Source: Patescibacteria group bacterium (lineage in GTDB: Bacteria; Patescibacteriota; Minisyncoccia; Phycocordibacterales; UBA9973). Taken from it: a stretch of 64,000 nucleotides of DNA. A program made the position numbers and the translations under genes. Below are positions 19,428-28,546 of this stretch, one piece after another. The DNA lies in contig JAGWUB010000001.1 of assembly GCA_028868715.1 (NCBI GenBank), positions 183,206 to 247,205 on the forward strand, written 5' to 3'. Position 1 is the stretch's first letter, and each line of letters opens with the position of its first letter. The notes under the pieces were generated by a model. That model worked only from the letters and a program-made list of their open reading frames with translations. It made no database searches and was not told where the DNA came from.

Positions 19428-21185
19428 ATGAGTTTTCTAGAAGCATTAGTACAAAGAGGCGTAATTAACGAGAATCAAATAGGTGAAATAAAAATTCGCG
19501 CCAAAGAAAAATTCGACGGAGATATATCTCTGGCGCTAGTTGAGGCTGGAGTTAAGGAAGAAAAAATCCTGGAAGAAAAAGGAAAGTATTTAGGTATCCC
19601 AACCCAGAAAATAAATATTAAAGAAATGTCTTTTGACCTCCTCAAATATATTTCAGAAGACTCTGCTCGACACTATCACTTTGTGCCAATTGGACTCAAA
19701 GATGGAGTGCTTTCTGTGGGGGTTACTGACGGTGAAGATGTAAAGGCCATGGATGCGTTACAATTTATTTCTGCCAAGATAGGTATTCCATTTAAAGTTT
19801 TTCTTGTTTCCAGAAGTGACTATGAAAGTATTATGGAAAGCTACAAAGGTTTGACGACTCAAGTGGCTGAAGCGCTCGATACCTTGGACCAAGAGGAAAT
19901 GCTAGATACCAAGGGTTTAACAGAAGAAAATTTAAGTAAAGAAATAAAGAGTATTAAGCCTGGGGAAGAAACCAAAATAGTAGAAGATGCTCCAGTGATA
20001 AAAATTGTCGCGGTCATATTACGTAACGCCATAGAGGGAGGTGCTTCGGATATCCACATCGAGCATACTGGAGAAAAGGTAAAGGTACGTTTCCGTGTGG
20101 ACGGCGCCCTGCATACCTCTATATTGTTGCCTATAAATGTTTACAACGGAGTGGTGGCGCGAGTAAAAATTTTAGCTAAACTTCGCTTGGATGAAAAGAG
20201 AAAACCACAAGACGGATCTTTTAGCGCCATTATTGATTCACATAAAATTGATTTTCGTGTTTCCACCATGCCGGCTTATTATGGCGAGAAGGTGGTTATT
20301 AGAATTCTAGATCCCGGCAAAGGAGTTAAGACCCTAGAGGAATTGTATTTATCGCCTGCTAATTTAAAAATGATCAGAGAAGCCCTTGCCAAACCTTATG
20401 GCATGATTCTGATAACTGGACCAACTGGTTCTGGAAAATCCACTACCTTGTATTCAATGATGAATGAACTTGATAAAGAAGAAAATAATGTTATTTCACT
20501 TGAGGATCCAGTAGAGTACCACATGGCAGATGTTAGTCAGTCTCAAGTAATGCCCGAGATCGGGTATACGTTTGCAGTCGGTTTGCGTTCTATTGTTCGT
20601 CAGGACCCAGACATAATAATGGTAGGAGAAATTCGAGATAAAGAAACAGCTCAACTAGCTATCCAAGCGGCCCTGACGGGACACCTTGTTTTGTCCACAC
20701 TACATACCAACAATGCCATTGGGGCTATTCCGCGTCTGGTGGATATGGGTATTGATCCTTACCTTATTGCACCGACTCTGATCCTATCTATCGCTCAACG
20801 TCTAGCTTTGATGACTTGTGAAAATTCACGCAAACTTGTGCCCATGGATCCAAGTATTAAAATTCAAATTGATGAACTTACCAAAGATTTACCAGATGAA
20901 TTTAAAAAAGAAATTAAAGAGCTGGAAAATAAAAATGAAATGTATGACACTGTTCCGTCCGCGGAGTGCCCTTCAGGGACTCGGGGTCGGATGGCAGTTT
21001 TTGAAATGTTTACCGTAGATAAGGAAATGCAGGATGTCATACTTAAAAATCCGACGAACGATGCCATTTATAGCGTGGCTCGCAAGAAGGGTATGCTAAT
21101 GATGCGAGAAGACGCTATGTTGAAATCTTTAAAGGGCTTAATTCCTTACAAAGAAGTTTATAATTTTAGTAATGAGAGCGAGTAA
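19428..21185 (+). CDS. pilB: Type IV pilus assembly ATPase PilB (GspE family)
   Basis: Walker A 'GPTGSGKSTTL', Asp box, His box and a tetracysteine-like C-terminus. Confidence 0.9.
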   Translation: MSFLEALVQRGVINENQIGEIKIRAKEKFDGDISLALVEAGVKEEKILEEKGKYLGIPTQKINIKEMSFDLLKYISEDSARHYHFVPIGLKDGVLSVGVTDGEDVKAMDALQFISAKIGIPFKVFLVSRSDYESIMESYKGLTTQVAEALDTLDQEEMLDTKGLTEENLSKEIKSIKPGEETKIVEDAPVIKIVAVILRNAIEGGASDIHIEHTGEKVKVRFRVDGALHTSILLPINVYNGVVARVKILAKLRLDEKRKPQDGSFSAIIDSHKIDFRVSTMPAYYGEKVVIRILDPGKGVKTLEELYLSPANLKMIREALAKPYGMILITGPTGSGKSTTLYSMMNELDKEENNVISLEDPVEYHMADVSQSQVMPEIGYTFAVGLRSIVRQDPDIIMVGEIRDKETAQLAIQAALTGHLVLSTLHTNNAIGAIPRLVDMGIDPYLIAPTLILSIAQRLALMTCENSRKLVPMDPSIKIQIDELTKDLPDEFKKEIKELENKNEMYDTVPSAECPSGTRGRMAVFEMFTVDKEMQDVILKNPTNDAIYSVARKKGMLMMREDAMLKSLKGLIPYKEVYNFSNESE

Positions 21186-21258
21186 TTCCAGATAAATAAA
21201 AGTAGAGTTATCCACAGTTTGATCTATTACAAGTCATTTTAATAGTACAATTAACTAT

Positions 21259-21657
21259 ATGGAAGGGGACAAGAAGAAAATTTTAATAGTTGATGACGAT
21301 AACTTCCTTTTGGATATGTATGCTCTCAAGTTCAGTCAGAGCAATTTTGAAGTTTACACAGCCCCAGGTGGAAAAGAAGCGATAGATAAGCTCACTGGTG
21401 GTCTAGCCCCCGATGTTATTTTAATGGATATAATTATGCCTGAAATGGATGGTTTTGAGATGTTAGAAAAAATAAATAAAGATAACTTGTCCAAAAATTC
21501 TATAAAAATTATTTTATCCAACAAAAGTGAGCAAAAGGATGTCGACCGAGGCAACGAGCTGGGGGTATCTGGATATATTGTAAAAGCAAATTCTACTCCT
21601 AGAGAAGTAATTGAGCAGGTAAATAGTATTTTATCCCAAAAGGTTACTTCTGTGTAA
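21259..21657 (+). CDS. Response regulator receiver protein (CheY-like, stand-alone)
   Basis: 'ILIVDDD' followed by a phospho-acceptor Asp in 'DVILMDIIMPEMDG'. Confidence 0.8.
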   Translation: MEGDKKKILIVDDDNFLLDMYALKFSQSNFEVYTAPGGKEAIDKLTGGLAPDVILMDIIMPEMDGFEMLEKINKDNLSKNSIKIILSNKSEQKDVDRGNELGVSGYIVKANSTPREVIEQVNSILSQKVTSV

Positions 21658-21741
21658 TTTGAACCCCCTTAGAAATAGCATAAACGCCAAAGACGGGTTA
21701 TAATAGTTAGGTATTAATAATTAAAATAAATTTCTAACGGG

Positions 21742-22800
21742 ATGGATTATAAAAAAGTATTTGAAGAACTAGTTTTAACAGTTATCCGAGAAGGTGGATC
21801 TGATTTACATTTGGGCACAGGAAGAGTGCCAATTATTCGTGTTTCTGGTGAGTTGATATCTCTGGTAAAGCATTCAGTTCTTACTGCTGAAGATATGCTT
21901 GGAATTTTGAATGAAATTCTAGACAAAGCTAAAGTGGATCGATTTATCTCGGACCAAGAAATAGATTTTTCTTATGATTTTCGTGGGGAGGCGCGACTTC
22001 GAGGTAATGGCTTTTTCCAAAAAGGATTGATCAATGTTGTTTTTCGACTAGTTCCAAAAGTTAAAACTTTAAAAGAATTACATTTGCCACCTATTCTCGC
22101 AGAATTGACTCGCAAAAAACAAGGATTTTTCCTAGTTGTTGGGCCTGTCGGACAGGGTAAATCTACGACGCTGTCGGCAATGGTTAACCTTATAAACAAC
22201 GAACAAGCACGGCACATTGTAACGATTGAAGATCCGATTGAATATGTCTATGCTCAAAATAAATCTATCATCAATCAACGAGAGGTGGGCATCGATACTA
22301 GGGACCCTCACATGGCCCTCAAATCTGTCTTTCGCGAAGATGTGAATGTGATACTTATCGGCGAGATGCGTACACCAGAGACCATAGCCACAGCAGTTAC
22401 AGCTGCCGAGACTGGGCACCTTGTATTTTCAACCTTACATACCAACAATGCTGCTCAGACCATAGACAGAATTATTGATTCCTTCCCAGGCACTCAACAA
22501 GATCAGATTCGTGCTCAACTTTCCTCATCCTTGCTAGGTATTTTTTCTCAGAGATTAATTCCGAGGATTACTGGTGGACTTGTTCCTGCCTATGAACTAC
22601 TCTTGAACAACAATGCTGTCTCAAACTTAATCCGCGAAAAACGCACTCACGAAATAGACGTGGTGATAGAGACAGGCATGGAGTCTGGCATGGTGGACTT
22701 GAATCATTCCTTGATAGAGCTTGTTCGCGCTGGAGAGATTTCCATAGAAAATGCTCGGCAATATTCACTAAATCCAAAAGGACTAGAGCGAATGATTTAG
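21742..22800 (+). CDS. pilT: Twitching motility ATPase PilT
   Basis: Walker A 'GPVGQGKSTTL' and a PilT-type C-terminus. Confidence 0.9.
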   Translation: MDYKKVFEELVLTVIREGGSDLHLGTGRVPIIRVSGELISLVKHSVLTAEDMLGILNEILDKAKVDRFISDQEIDFSYDFRGEARLRGNGFFQKGLINVVFRLVPKVKTLKELHLPPILAELTRKKQGFFLVVGPVGQGKSTTLSAMVNLINNEQARHIVTIEDPIEYVYAQNKSIINQREVGIDTRDPHMALKSVFREDVNVILIGEMRTPETIATAVTAAETGHLVFSTLHTNNAAQTIDRIIDSFPGTQQDQIRAQLSSSLLGIFSQRLIPRITGGLVPAYELLLNNNAVSNLIREKRTHEIDVVIETGMESGMVDLNHSLIELVRAGEISIENARQYSLNPKGLERMI

Positions 22801-22819
22801 TAATTGCGAATTAAAAATT

Positions 22820-24028
22820 ATGTTATTTAACTATAAAGCAGTAGATCAAGGTGGAATCAACAAAGAGGGAGAGATTGATGCTCCTAATCGTGATTTGGCG
22901 ATAAGTGGTTTGCAACACCGAGGACTCGTGGTCATTTCCATAAAGAATGAGGATGAGAAAAAATCAATTTTTGAAATGTCTTTTTTTGACAAAGTATCAA
23001 ACAAAGATGTAGTCATTCTCTCTAGGCAAATTTCAACTTTATTTGAGGCTCAAGTTTCCGCTCTAAAGGCTTTTACTATGCTGGCAGCCAACTCTGAAAA
23101 GAAAACGCTAAGTCGCACTCTTACTCAAATAGGGGATGATCTCCAAGCAGGTGTCTCTATCTCTGGAGCACTTTCTCGCCACCCAGATGTATTTTCAGAT
23201 TTTTATATCAATATGGTCAAAGTCGGTGAGGAAACCGGAAAACTCAATCAAGTGTTTTTACATTTGGCCGATTATTTAGACCGTCAATATTCTCTTACCT
23301 CTAAAACTAGAAATGCGCTTATATATCCAGTGTTCGTTATTTTTACGTTTTTCGTGGTTATGACCCTTATGTTTACGATTGTTATCCCAAAACTTTCGTC
23401 AATTATTACGGACTCTGGTCAGCCAGTACCCTTTTTTACTCAAATAATTATAGGTATTTCTAATATATTTGTTCATTATGGTTTTCTGATTCTAATTTTC
23501 TTCGTATTTTTTGGTGTTTGGATCTGGCGACTTTCAGTTACTGAAAGAGGTAAAATTTACCTAGACAGTGTCCGTTTATCTATTCCAGGTGTGGGGAATT
23601 TGTATAAAAAATTATATCTTTCTAGAATAGCAGACAATATGGATACTATGCTTTCTTCAGGGGTGCCGATTCTGCGGGTGATAGAGATTACTTCTAAAGT
23701 TGTCGGTAGTCGTCTTTATAAAACACTCTTAGAAGAAGTATCCGATAATGTCAAAGCTGGTTTATCTATCTCGGCTGCCTTTGAAAAACATCCGGAACAA
23801 ATCCCAGGAATCATGGTGCAGATGATAAAGGTGGGAGAGGAGACAGGTTCATTAGGCTCTATTTTAAAAACTTTAGCTGAATTTTATAAGCGTGAGGTAG
23901 ATGGTGCGGTGGACACCTTGGTGGGCCTAATAGAGCCAGTTATGATCGTAGTTCTAGGACTAGGAGTAGGTATCCTTTTGGTATCTATCTTAATGCCTAT
24001 TTACAACATGGCTGGAAGTATTAGTTAG
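22820..24028 (+). CDS. pilC: Type IV pilus platform protein PilC (GspF family)
   Basis: Two GspF repeats, each followed by TM segments. Confidence 0.9.
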   Translation: MLFNYKAVDQGGINKEGEIDAPNRDLAISGLQHRGLVVISIKNEDEKKSIFEMSFFDKVSNKDVVILSRQISTLFEAQVSALKAFTMLAANSEKKTLSRTLTQIGDDLQAGVSISGALSRHPDVFSDFYINMVKVGEETGKLNQVFLHLADYLDRQYSLTSKTRNALIYPVFVIFTFFVVMTLMFTIVIPKLSSIITDSGQPVPFFTQIIIGISNIFVHYGFLILIFFVFFGVWIWRLSVTERGKIYLDSVRLSIPGVGNLYKKLYLSRIADNMDTMLSSGVPILRVIEITSKVVGSRLYKTLLEEVSDNVKAGLSISAAFEKHPEQIPGIMVQMIKVGEETGSLGSILKTLAEFYKREVDGAVDTLVGLIEPVMIVVLGLGVGILLVSILMPIYNMAGSIS

Positions 24029-24039
24029 GTAGGGTTGTG

Positions 24040-24352
24040 CCCCCACACCTATTGTTTTATAGCTTTAGGTCAATTAAAATATGTATTATTTATATATTTT
24101 AAAAAGTTTAAAGGATGAAAATTTATATATAGGTTCAACAAATGACCTAAAGCGAAGACTTTTAGAACATAATAAAGGTCTTTCTATGTCTACAAAATCT
24201 AGGAAACCATTTGAATTACGTTATTACGAAGCATATCATAAGGAGGTGGACGCTAGGCACAGAGAAGGTTCTCTTAAAAAAGATGGTCGTGCCTTAGGGC
24301 AATTAAAGAGACGAATTATTAAAAGTCTTCAATAAAACAATAGGTGTGGGGG
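24040..24352. mobile_element. GIY-YIG ORF bracketed by a perfect 21-bp inverted repeat (possible small mobile/homing cassette)
   Basis: 24040..24060 (cccccacacctattgttttat) is the exact reverse complement of 24332..24352. Confidence 0.5.
24081..24335 (+). CDS. GIY-YIG nuclease family protein
   Basis: 'YYLYILKS...LYIGSTNDLKRRLLEHN' GIY-YIG motif. Confidence 0.8.
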   Translation: MYYLYILKSLKDENLYIGSTNDLKRRLLEHNKGLSMSTKSRKPFELRYYEAYHKEVDARHREGSLKKDGRALGQLKRRIIKSLQ

Positions 24353-24389
24353 TGTGGATAACCCGTTTGCTTATATATTTGTGTTCCTA

Positions 24390-24398
24390 TGATATAAT
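24390..24398 (+). promoter_or_regulatory. Extended -10 promoter element (TGaTATAAT) upstream of pilin 1
   Basis: 'tgatataat' lies about 90 nt upstream of the pilin ATG. Confidence 0.4.
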
Positions 24399-24488
24399 AA
24401 GGGTATTAAAAAACAAGTCGATTATAAATTTATAAGTCATTATTAATAATTTCCGCCTAAGGCGGATCAGCCTAGGCTGAAAAATAGT

Positions 24489-24980
24489 ATGAAAAAAATT
24501 AATTTTAAAAGAGGTTTTACGTTGATTGAACTTTTGGTCGTTGTGGCTATCATTGGTATCTTGGCTTCAGTTGTGTTGGCATCGCTTAACACAGCTCGTT
24601 CAAAAGGTGCTGATGCTGCTGTTAAAGCAAACTTAGCAAACGCTCGTGCACAAGCTGCTCTATTTTATGATGCAAACAACAATTCATACATGGGTACTGT
24701 TGGTACTGCAAATGATGTATGTTTCAGCGGAGCTTTAGCTGGAGGAGTCACTGGTATTTATCCACTTGTTCTAGCTGCTGCTAGTGCTACAGGTGCAACA
24801 ATGGGTGCTGAAAATGCTTTGGAAACTACAACCACTGCTGTATGTGACCCAGCTGCTAGTACATGGGTGGCTCAAGCCCCTCTAAAGGCTACTGCCGGAA
24901 CCTATTGGTGTGTTGACAGTACAGGTACTTCCAAGCAAGAAGCTGCTGTATTGGCTGCAAACGCAACATCTTGTCCTTAA
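24489..24980 (+). CDS. pilA: Type IV pilin (prepilin)
   Basis: Class III signal 'KRGFTLIELLVVVAIIGILA' and a C-terminal Cys pair. Confidence 0.85.
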   Translation: MKKINFKRGFTLIELLVVVAIIGILASVVLASLNTARSKGADAAVKANLANARAQAALFYDANNNSYMGTVGTANDVCFSGALAGGVTGIYPLVLAAASATGATMGAENALETTTTAVCDPAASTWVAQAPLKATAGTYWCVDSTGTSKQEAAVLAANATSCP

Positions 24981-25002
24981 TCTAATACTTAGTTTTTCCT
25001 TA

Positions 25003-25040
25003 AAAAACCACCCCTGTTTATGAACAGGGGTGGTTTTTGT
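25003..25040 (+). terminator. Rho-independent terminator after pilin 1
   Basis: aaaaaccacccctg / caggggtggttttt hairpin followed by a T-run. Confidence 0.75.
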
Positions 25041-25089
25041 TTGTATAAGTGCATGGTATAATAAAGTGGATTATAAATTAATTCATTTT

Positions 25090-25575
25090 ATGAAAAGTCA
25101 AAAAATATTTAAAAGAGGTTTCACTTTAATCGAACTTTTGGTCGTTGTGGCTATCATTGGTATCTTGGCTTCAGTTGTGTTGGCATCGCTTAACAGCGCA
25201 AGAGCAAAGGGTACTGACGCGGCAATAAAAGGCACTCTTAGTAATTCACGTTCCCAAGCTGCATTATTTTACGATGATCATACTCAAGTATTTACCGGCG
25301 TATGCGATCCTGGCGGCGGCATTCATTCGATGATCTTAAGTGCTGCAGAAAAGCTTAACCAATCATCTCCATCTGTGGGGATAAACACTGATCCTTTTGT
25401 TTACGATTCTACTGGTGCTGTAGGAGCTGCAGTGTGTCATGATAGTGATACAGCATGGGCAGCCATTGTGTCTCTAAAGGCGCCAGCGACGCCTAGTGCT
25501 GGCTGGTGCGTAGATTCCACTGGAGCTTCTAGAGAAGCTACTTCTTTGGCCGCAAGCGCTACCGTTTGTCCATAG
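25090..25575 (+). CDS. Type IV pilin paralog 2
   Basis: 'MKSQKIFKRGFTLIELLVVVAIIGILA' signal. Shares an identical 65-nt stretch with pilin 1. Confidence 0.8.
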   Translation: MKSQKIFKRGFTLIELLVVVAIIGILASVVLASLNSARAKGTDAAIKGTLSNSRSQAALFYDDHTQVFTGVCDPGGGIHSMILSAAEKLNQSSPSVGINTDPFVYDSTGAVGAAVCHDSDTAWAAIVSLKAPATPSAGWCVDSTGASREATSLAASATVCP

Positions 25576-25601
25576 TTATTACTACTTTAATTATTTACCT
25601 T

Positions 25602-26081
25602 ATGAAAAAATTTGGTTTTAAAAGAGGTTTTACGTTGATTGAACTTTTGGTGGTCGTAGCTATTATCGGTGTTTTAGCTGCAGTTGTTTTAGCTACGTTA
25701 AATAGTGCTAGGAATAAAGGTGGCGATGCAGCAGTGAAAGCAAATTTAAAAAACGCAGTCACTCAAGGAGAAGTTATTTATAGTACTAGGACTGCGAATA
25801 CAAGTACATATACTGGCGCTTGCACTACTGGGGTTATCGCTGGTGAAACTGTAATAACCGGAGTTGGCGGATTAGTTTTAGCAGCGGCCAAAGCGAATGG
25901 TCTAGCTAGTTATACCACGAATGGTACCGGGACATTAGCAACTGCAACCTGTAATGATAGTGCTAGCGCTTGGGCAGCCGAAGTGCCACTTAAAGCTGTT
26001 AGTGGTATGTGGTGTTCGGACAGTACTGGAAAATCTAAGCAAGAAGCTGGCACAATTGGTGCTGGAACCGTTTGTGCTTAA
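25602..26081 (+). CDS. Type IV pilin paralog 3
   Basis: 'MKKFGFKRGFTLIELLVVVAIIGVLA' and a C-terminal 'WCSDSTGKSK...TVCA'. Confidence 0.8.
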   Translation: MKKFGFKRGFTLIELLVVVAIIGVLAAVVLATLNSARNKGGDAAVKANLKNAVTQGEVIYSTRTANTSTYTGACTTGVIAGETVITGVGGLVLAAAKANGLASYTTNGTGTLATATCNDSASAWAAEVPLKAVSGMWCSDSTGKSKQEAGTIGAGTVCA

Positions 26082-26096
26082 CTTGTATTAATAAAC

Positions 26097-26882
26097 ATGA
26101 CCCCAATTCTCACAATTGCTTTCTTTGTTCTCGGCCTGATTATTGGGAGTTTCTTAAATGTGGTAATTTACCGCATGAATACCGCACGGTCCCTCGGAGG
26201 GCGGAGTGCTTGTATGGTTTGCCAAAGCAAACTTGCCTGGTATGAACTCATTCCAGTGTTGAGCTTTGTGGGTTTAAGGGGTAGGTGCAAAAGTTGCAAA
26301 ACCAAAATCTCGTTTCAGTACCCACTAGTAGAATTTATTACCGGCCTAGTTTTTGCTACAATTTTTTTTAAATTTCAAAACATTCTTTTTTTAAATGTAA
26401 CTGCATTTTCGGTTTATTTTCTTTACTACGCTGTAATGTTTTCGTTGCTCTTGGTTGTTGTAGTCTATGATATTAGGCATAAAATAATTCCCGATATCCT
26501 AGCTCTTATCTTTGGCGCCCTAGCTTTTATTGGCCTATTTTTCTTTCCAAATTTTTCTTTTCATATTCCACCCCTTCTAGCATTCTTGTCTGGGGTATTT
26601 ATCGCCTTGCCATTTTATCTACTTTGGTTGGTGTCGCGTGGCAGGTGGATGGGGCTAGGGGATGCCAAGCTGGCTCTCGGTCTAGGCTGGTTTCTTGGCT
26701 TTTCTGTAGCGCTCTCAGCCCTAGTGCTCGCTTTCTGGATTGGGACTATAATAGGACTAGGCCTCATTTTCTTTTCAAAAGGATACGGCATGAAAAGTGA
26801 AATTCCTTTTGCTCCATATTTGGCGCTTGGGGCCTTTATCGCATTTATTTTTGAGTTAAATATTTTTCACATTTATTTTTAA
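26097..26882 (+). CDS. pilD: Prepilin peptidase PilD (A24 family)
   Basis: Tetracysteine motif 'CMVCQ...CKSCKTKI' followed by a polytopic membrane domain. Confidence 0.85.
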   Translation: MTPILTIAFFVLGLIIGSFLNVVIYRMNTARSLGGRSACMVCQSKLAWYELIPVLSFVGLRGRCKSCKTKISFQYPLVEFITGLVFATIFFKFQNILFLNVTAFSVYFLYYAVMFSLLLVVVVYDIRHKIIPDILALIFGALAFIGLFFFPNFSFHIPPLLAFLSGVFIALPFYLLWLVSRGRWMGLGDAKLALGLGWFLGFSVALSALVLAFWIGTIIGLGLIFFSKGYGMKSEIPFAPYLALGAFIAFIFELNIFHIYF

Positions 26883-27467
26883 ATGGCACAATCAAAAAAA
26901 ATTAAAAGAAATCGAGGGATGAGCTACGTAGAGCTGATTGTAGTTTTGAGTATTTTTGCTATTATGTCCGCCATTGTTAGTTTTAATTATGGAGCGTTTC
27001 AGGCTAAAGTAGATATAAAAAGTTTAGCGAGTGATATTGCCCTAAAGATTGTCGAAGCTCAGAAATCATCTTTGTCTGGATTGCAATCAACGAGTTTTGC
27101 AGGTTCACTCAAGCCTTCTTTTGGAGTGTACTTCGACACTTCTACCTCAAATCAATTTATTTATTTTGCAGATTTAAATAATAATAATGCATTTGATCCT
27201 ATCACGGAAACCCTGCAAACAATTGCTATTCCCAAAAATGACACTATCTCTAAAATAGAAAGTTGTGTAGGTGCTCGTGTTGTTTGTACTCAACTTCCCA
27301 GTCCCTTGGCTATAACCTTTTCCAGGCCTAGTTCCAATGCAGTATTATATTCTGGAGGTGTAATATTGGCAGGTGTTTCCTATGTTCAAATCACAATTGT
27401 TGCACCCAATGGGACTTCTAGTGCTTTAATAAAAATATATCCTTCAGGTAGGATACAAGTTAATTAG
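26883..27467 (+). CDS. Minor pilin / pseudopilin
   Basis: Prepilin-type N-terminus 'GMSYVELIVVLSIFAIM'. Confidence 0.6.
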   Translation: MAQSKKIKRNRGMSYVELIVVLSIFAIMSAIVSFNYGAFQAKVDIKSLASDIALKIVEAQKSSLSGLQSTSFAGSLKPSFGVYFDTSTSNQFIYFADLNNNNAFDPITETLQTIAIPKNDTISKIESCVGARVVCTQLPSPLAITFSRPSSNAVLYSGGVILAGVSYVQITIVAPNGTSSALIKIYPSGRIQVN

Positions 27468-27468
27468 A

Positions 27469-28080
27469 ATGAAAACAGAATTTTTAAAAATAAAAAATGG
27501 GTTTACGATTATAGAGACGATGATTGCAGTTTCTATTTTCATAATTGTTATTATGATTGGGATGAATACTCTCTTGAACGCTAACCTACTTCATCAAAAA
27601 TCTCAAAATATGCGCTCCATTTTAGATAGTATGAATTTCGCTATGGAAGATATGTCTAGAAATTTGAGAGTAGGGTATACATACGACTGTATTCCAACAA
27701 ATGGAACAATTCCCGATACTACCCCTCCCTATACCCCAATTCCAACCAGTGGGCAGAATTGTGGAGGAATAATATTTAAATCTACGGCAAATAACACACT
27801 TGCCACATGGGTTTACTATATAGCCACCAATCCAAATTATCCTAGTCAATATAGTATTTTTAAAATAGTTGATGGGTCAACTTCTGTTCAATTAACTCCA
27901 GACGAAGTCAACATTGACCCTTCTTCCAGCTTTACAGTGGTAGGCGCTGAGCCACCTAGTAGCGGTAATTATCAACAACCATTTGTGACTATTAAGTTAG
28001 TTGGTACCATAAAGTATCAGAACATTACAACACCTTTTTCGTTACAAACTTCAGTTTCTCAACGAACTATAGATATTTAA
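27469..28080 (+). CDS. Minor pilin / pseudopilin
   Basis: Prepilin-type N-terminus 'NGFTIIETMIAVSIF'. Confidence 0.6.
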   Translation: MKTEFLKIKNGFTIIETMIAVSIFIIVIMIGMNTLLNANLLHQKSQNMRSILDSMNFAMEDMSRNLRVGYTYDCIPTNGTIPDTTPPYTPIPTSGQNCGGIIFKSTANNTLATWVYYIATNPNYPSQYSIFKIVDGSTSVQLTPDEVNIDPSSSFTVVGAEPPSSGNYQQPFVTIKLVGTIKYQNITTPFSLQTSVSQRTIDI

Positions 28081-28083
28081 AAT

Positions 28084-28545
28084 ATGAAATTTTTATCCAC
28101 AAAACAAAATCATGGGTTTACTTTAGTAGAAACACTTGTCGGTATTTCAATATTTACTTTTTCGGTATTGGCAGTAATGTCTGTCTTGGCATCTGGTATT
28201 ACTGATACTAGCTATGCCAAGCAAAAAATGGTTGCTGGATATTTAGCACAGGAAGGCATCGAATATATTAGAAATCTACGAGATAACGATGTTTTATATA
28301 GCTCAGTACCGCCCAATAATAATTGGAATACTTTTAAAGCTAGATTTAATCCCACTACTCATTTTATAACCACAGACAATTCTCCCAGTATAGCTAATTT
28401 CCCAGGATTTACACGCACTCTTCAAATGACTCCAATTTCTGGCACTACTGACGAAGTGACAATTTTCTCAACCGTTACCTGGACGCAGGGCTCAGGGCAA
28501 CAAAGTGTAACTTTTGCAGAGAATTTATATAATTGGGTAGAGTAA
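28084..28545 (+). CDS. Minor pilin (PilV-like)
   Basis: Prepilin-type N-terminus 'HGFTLVETLVGISIF'. Confidence 0.6.
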   Translation: MKFLSTKQNHGFTLVETLVGISIFTFSVLAVMSVLASGITDTSYAKQKMVAGYLAQEGIEYIRNLRDNDVLYSSVPPNNNWNTFKARFNPTTHFITTDNSPSIANFPGFTRTLQMTPISGTTDEVTIFSTVTWTQGSGQQSVTFAENLYNWVE

Positions 28546-28546
28546 T

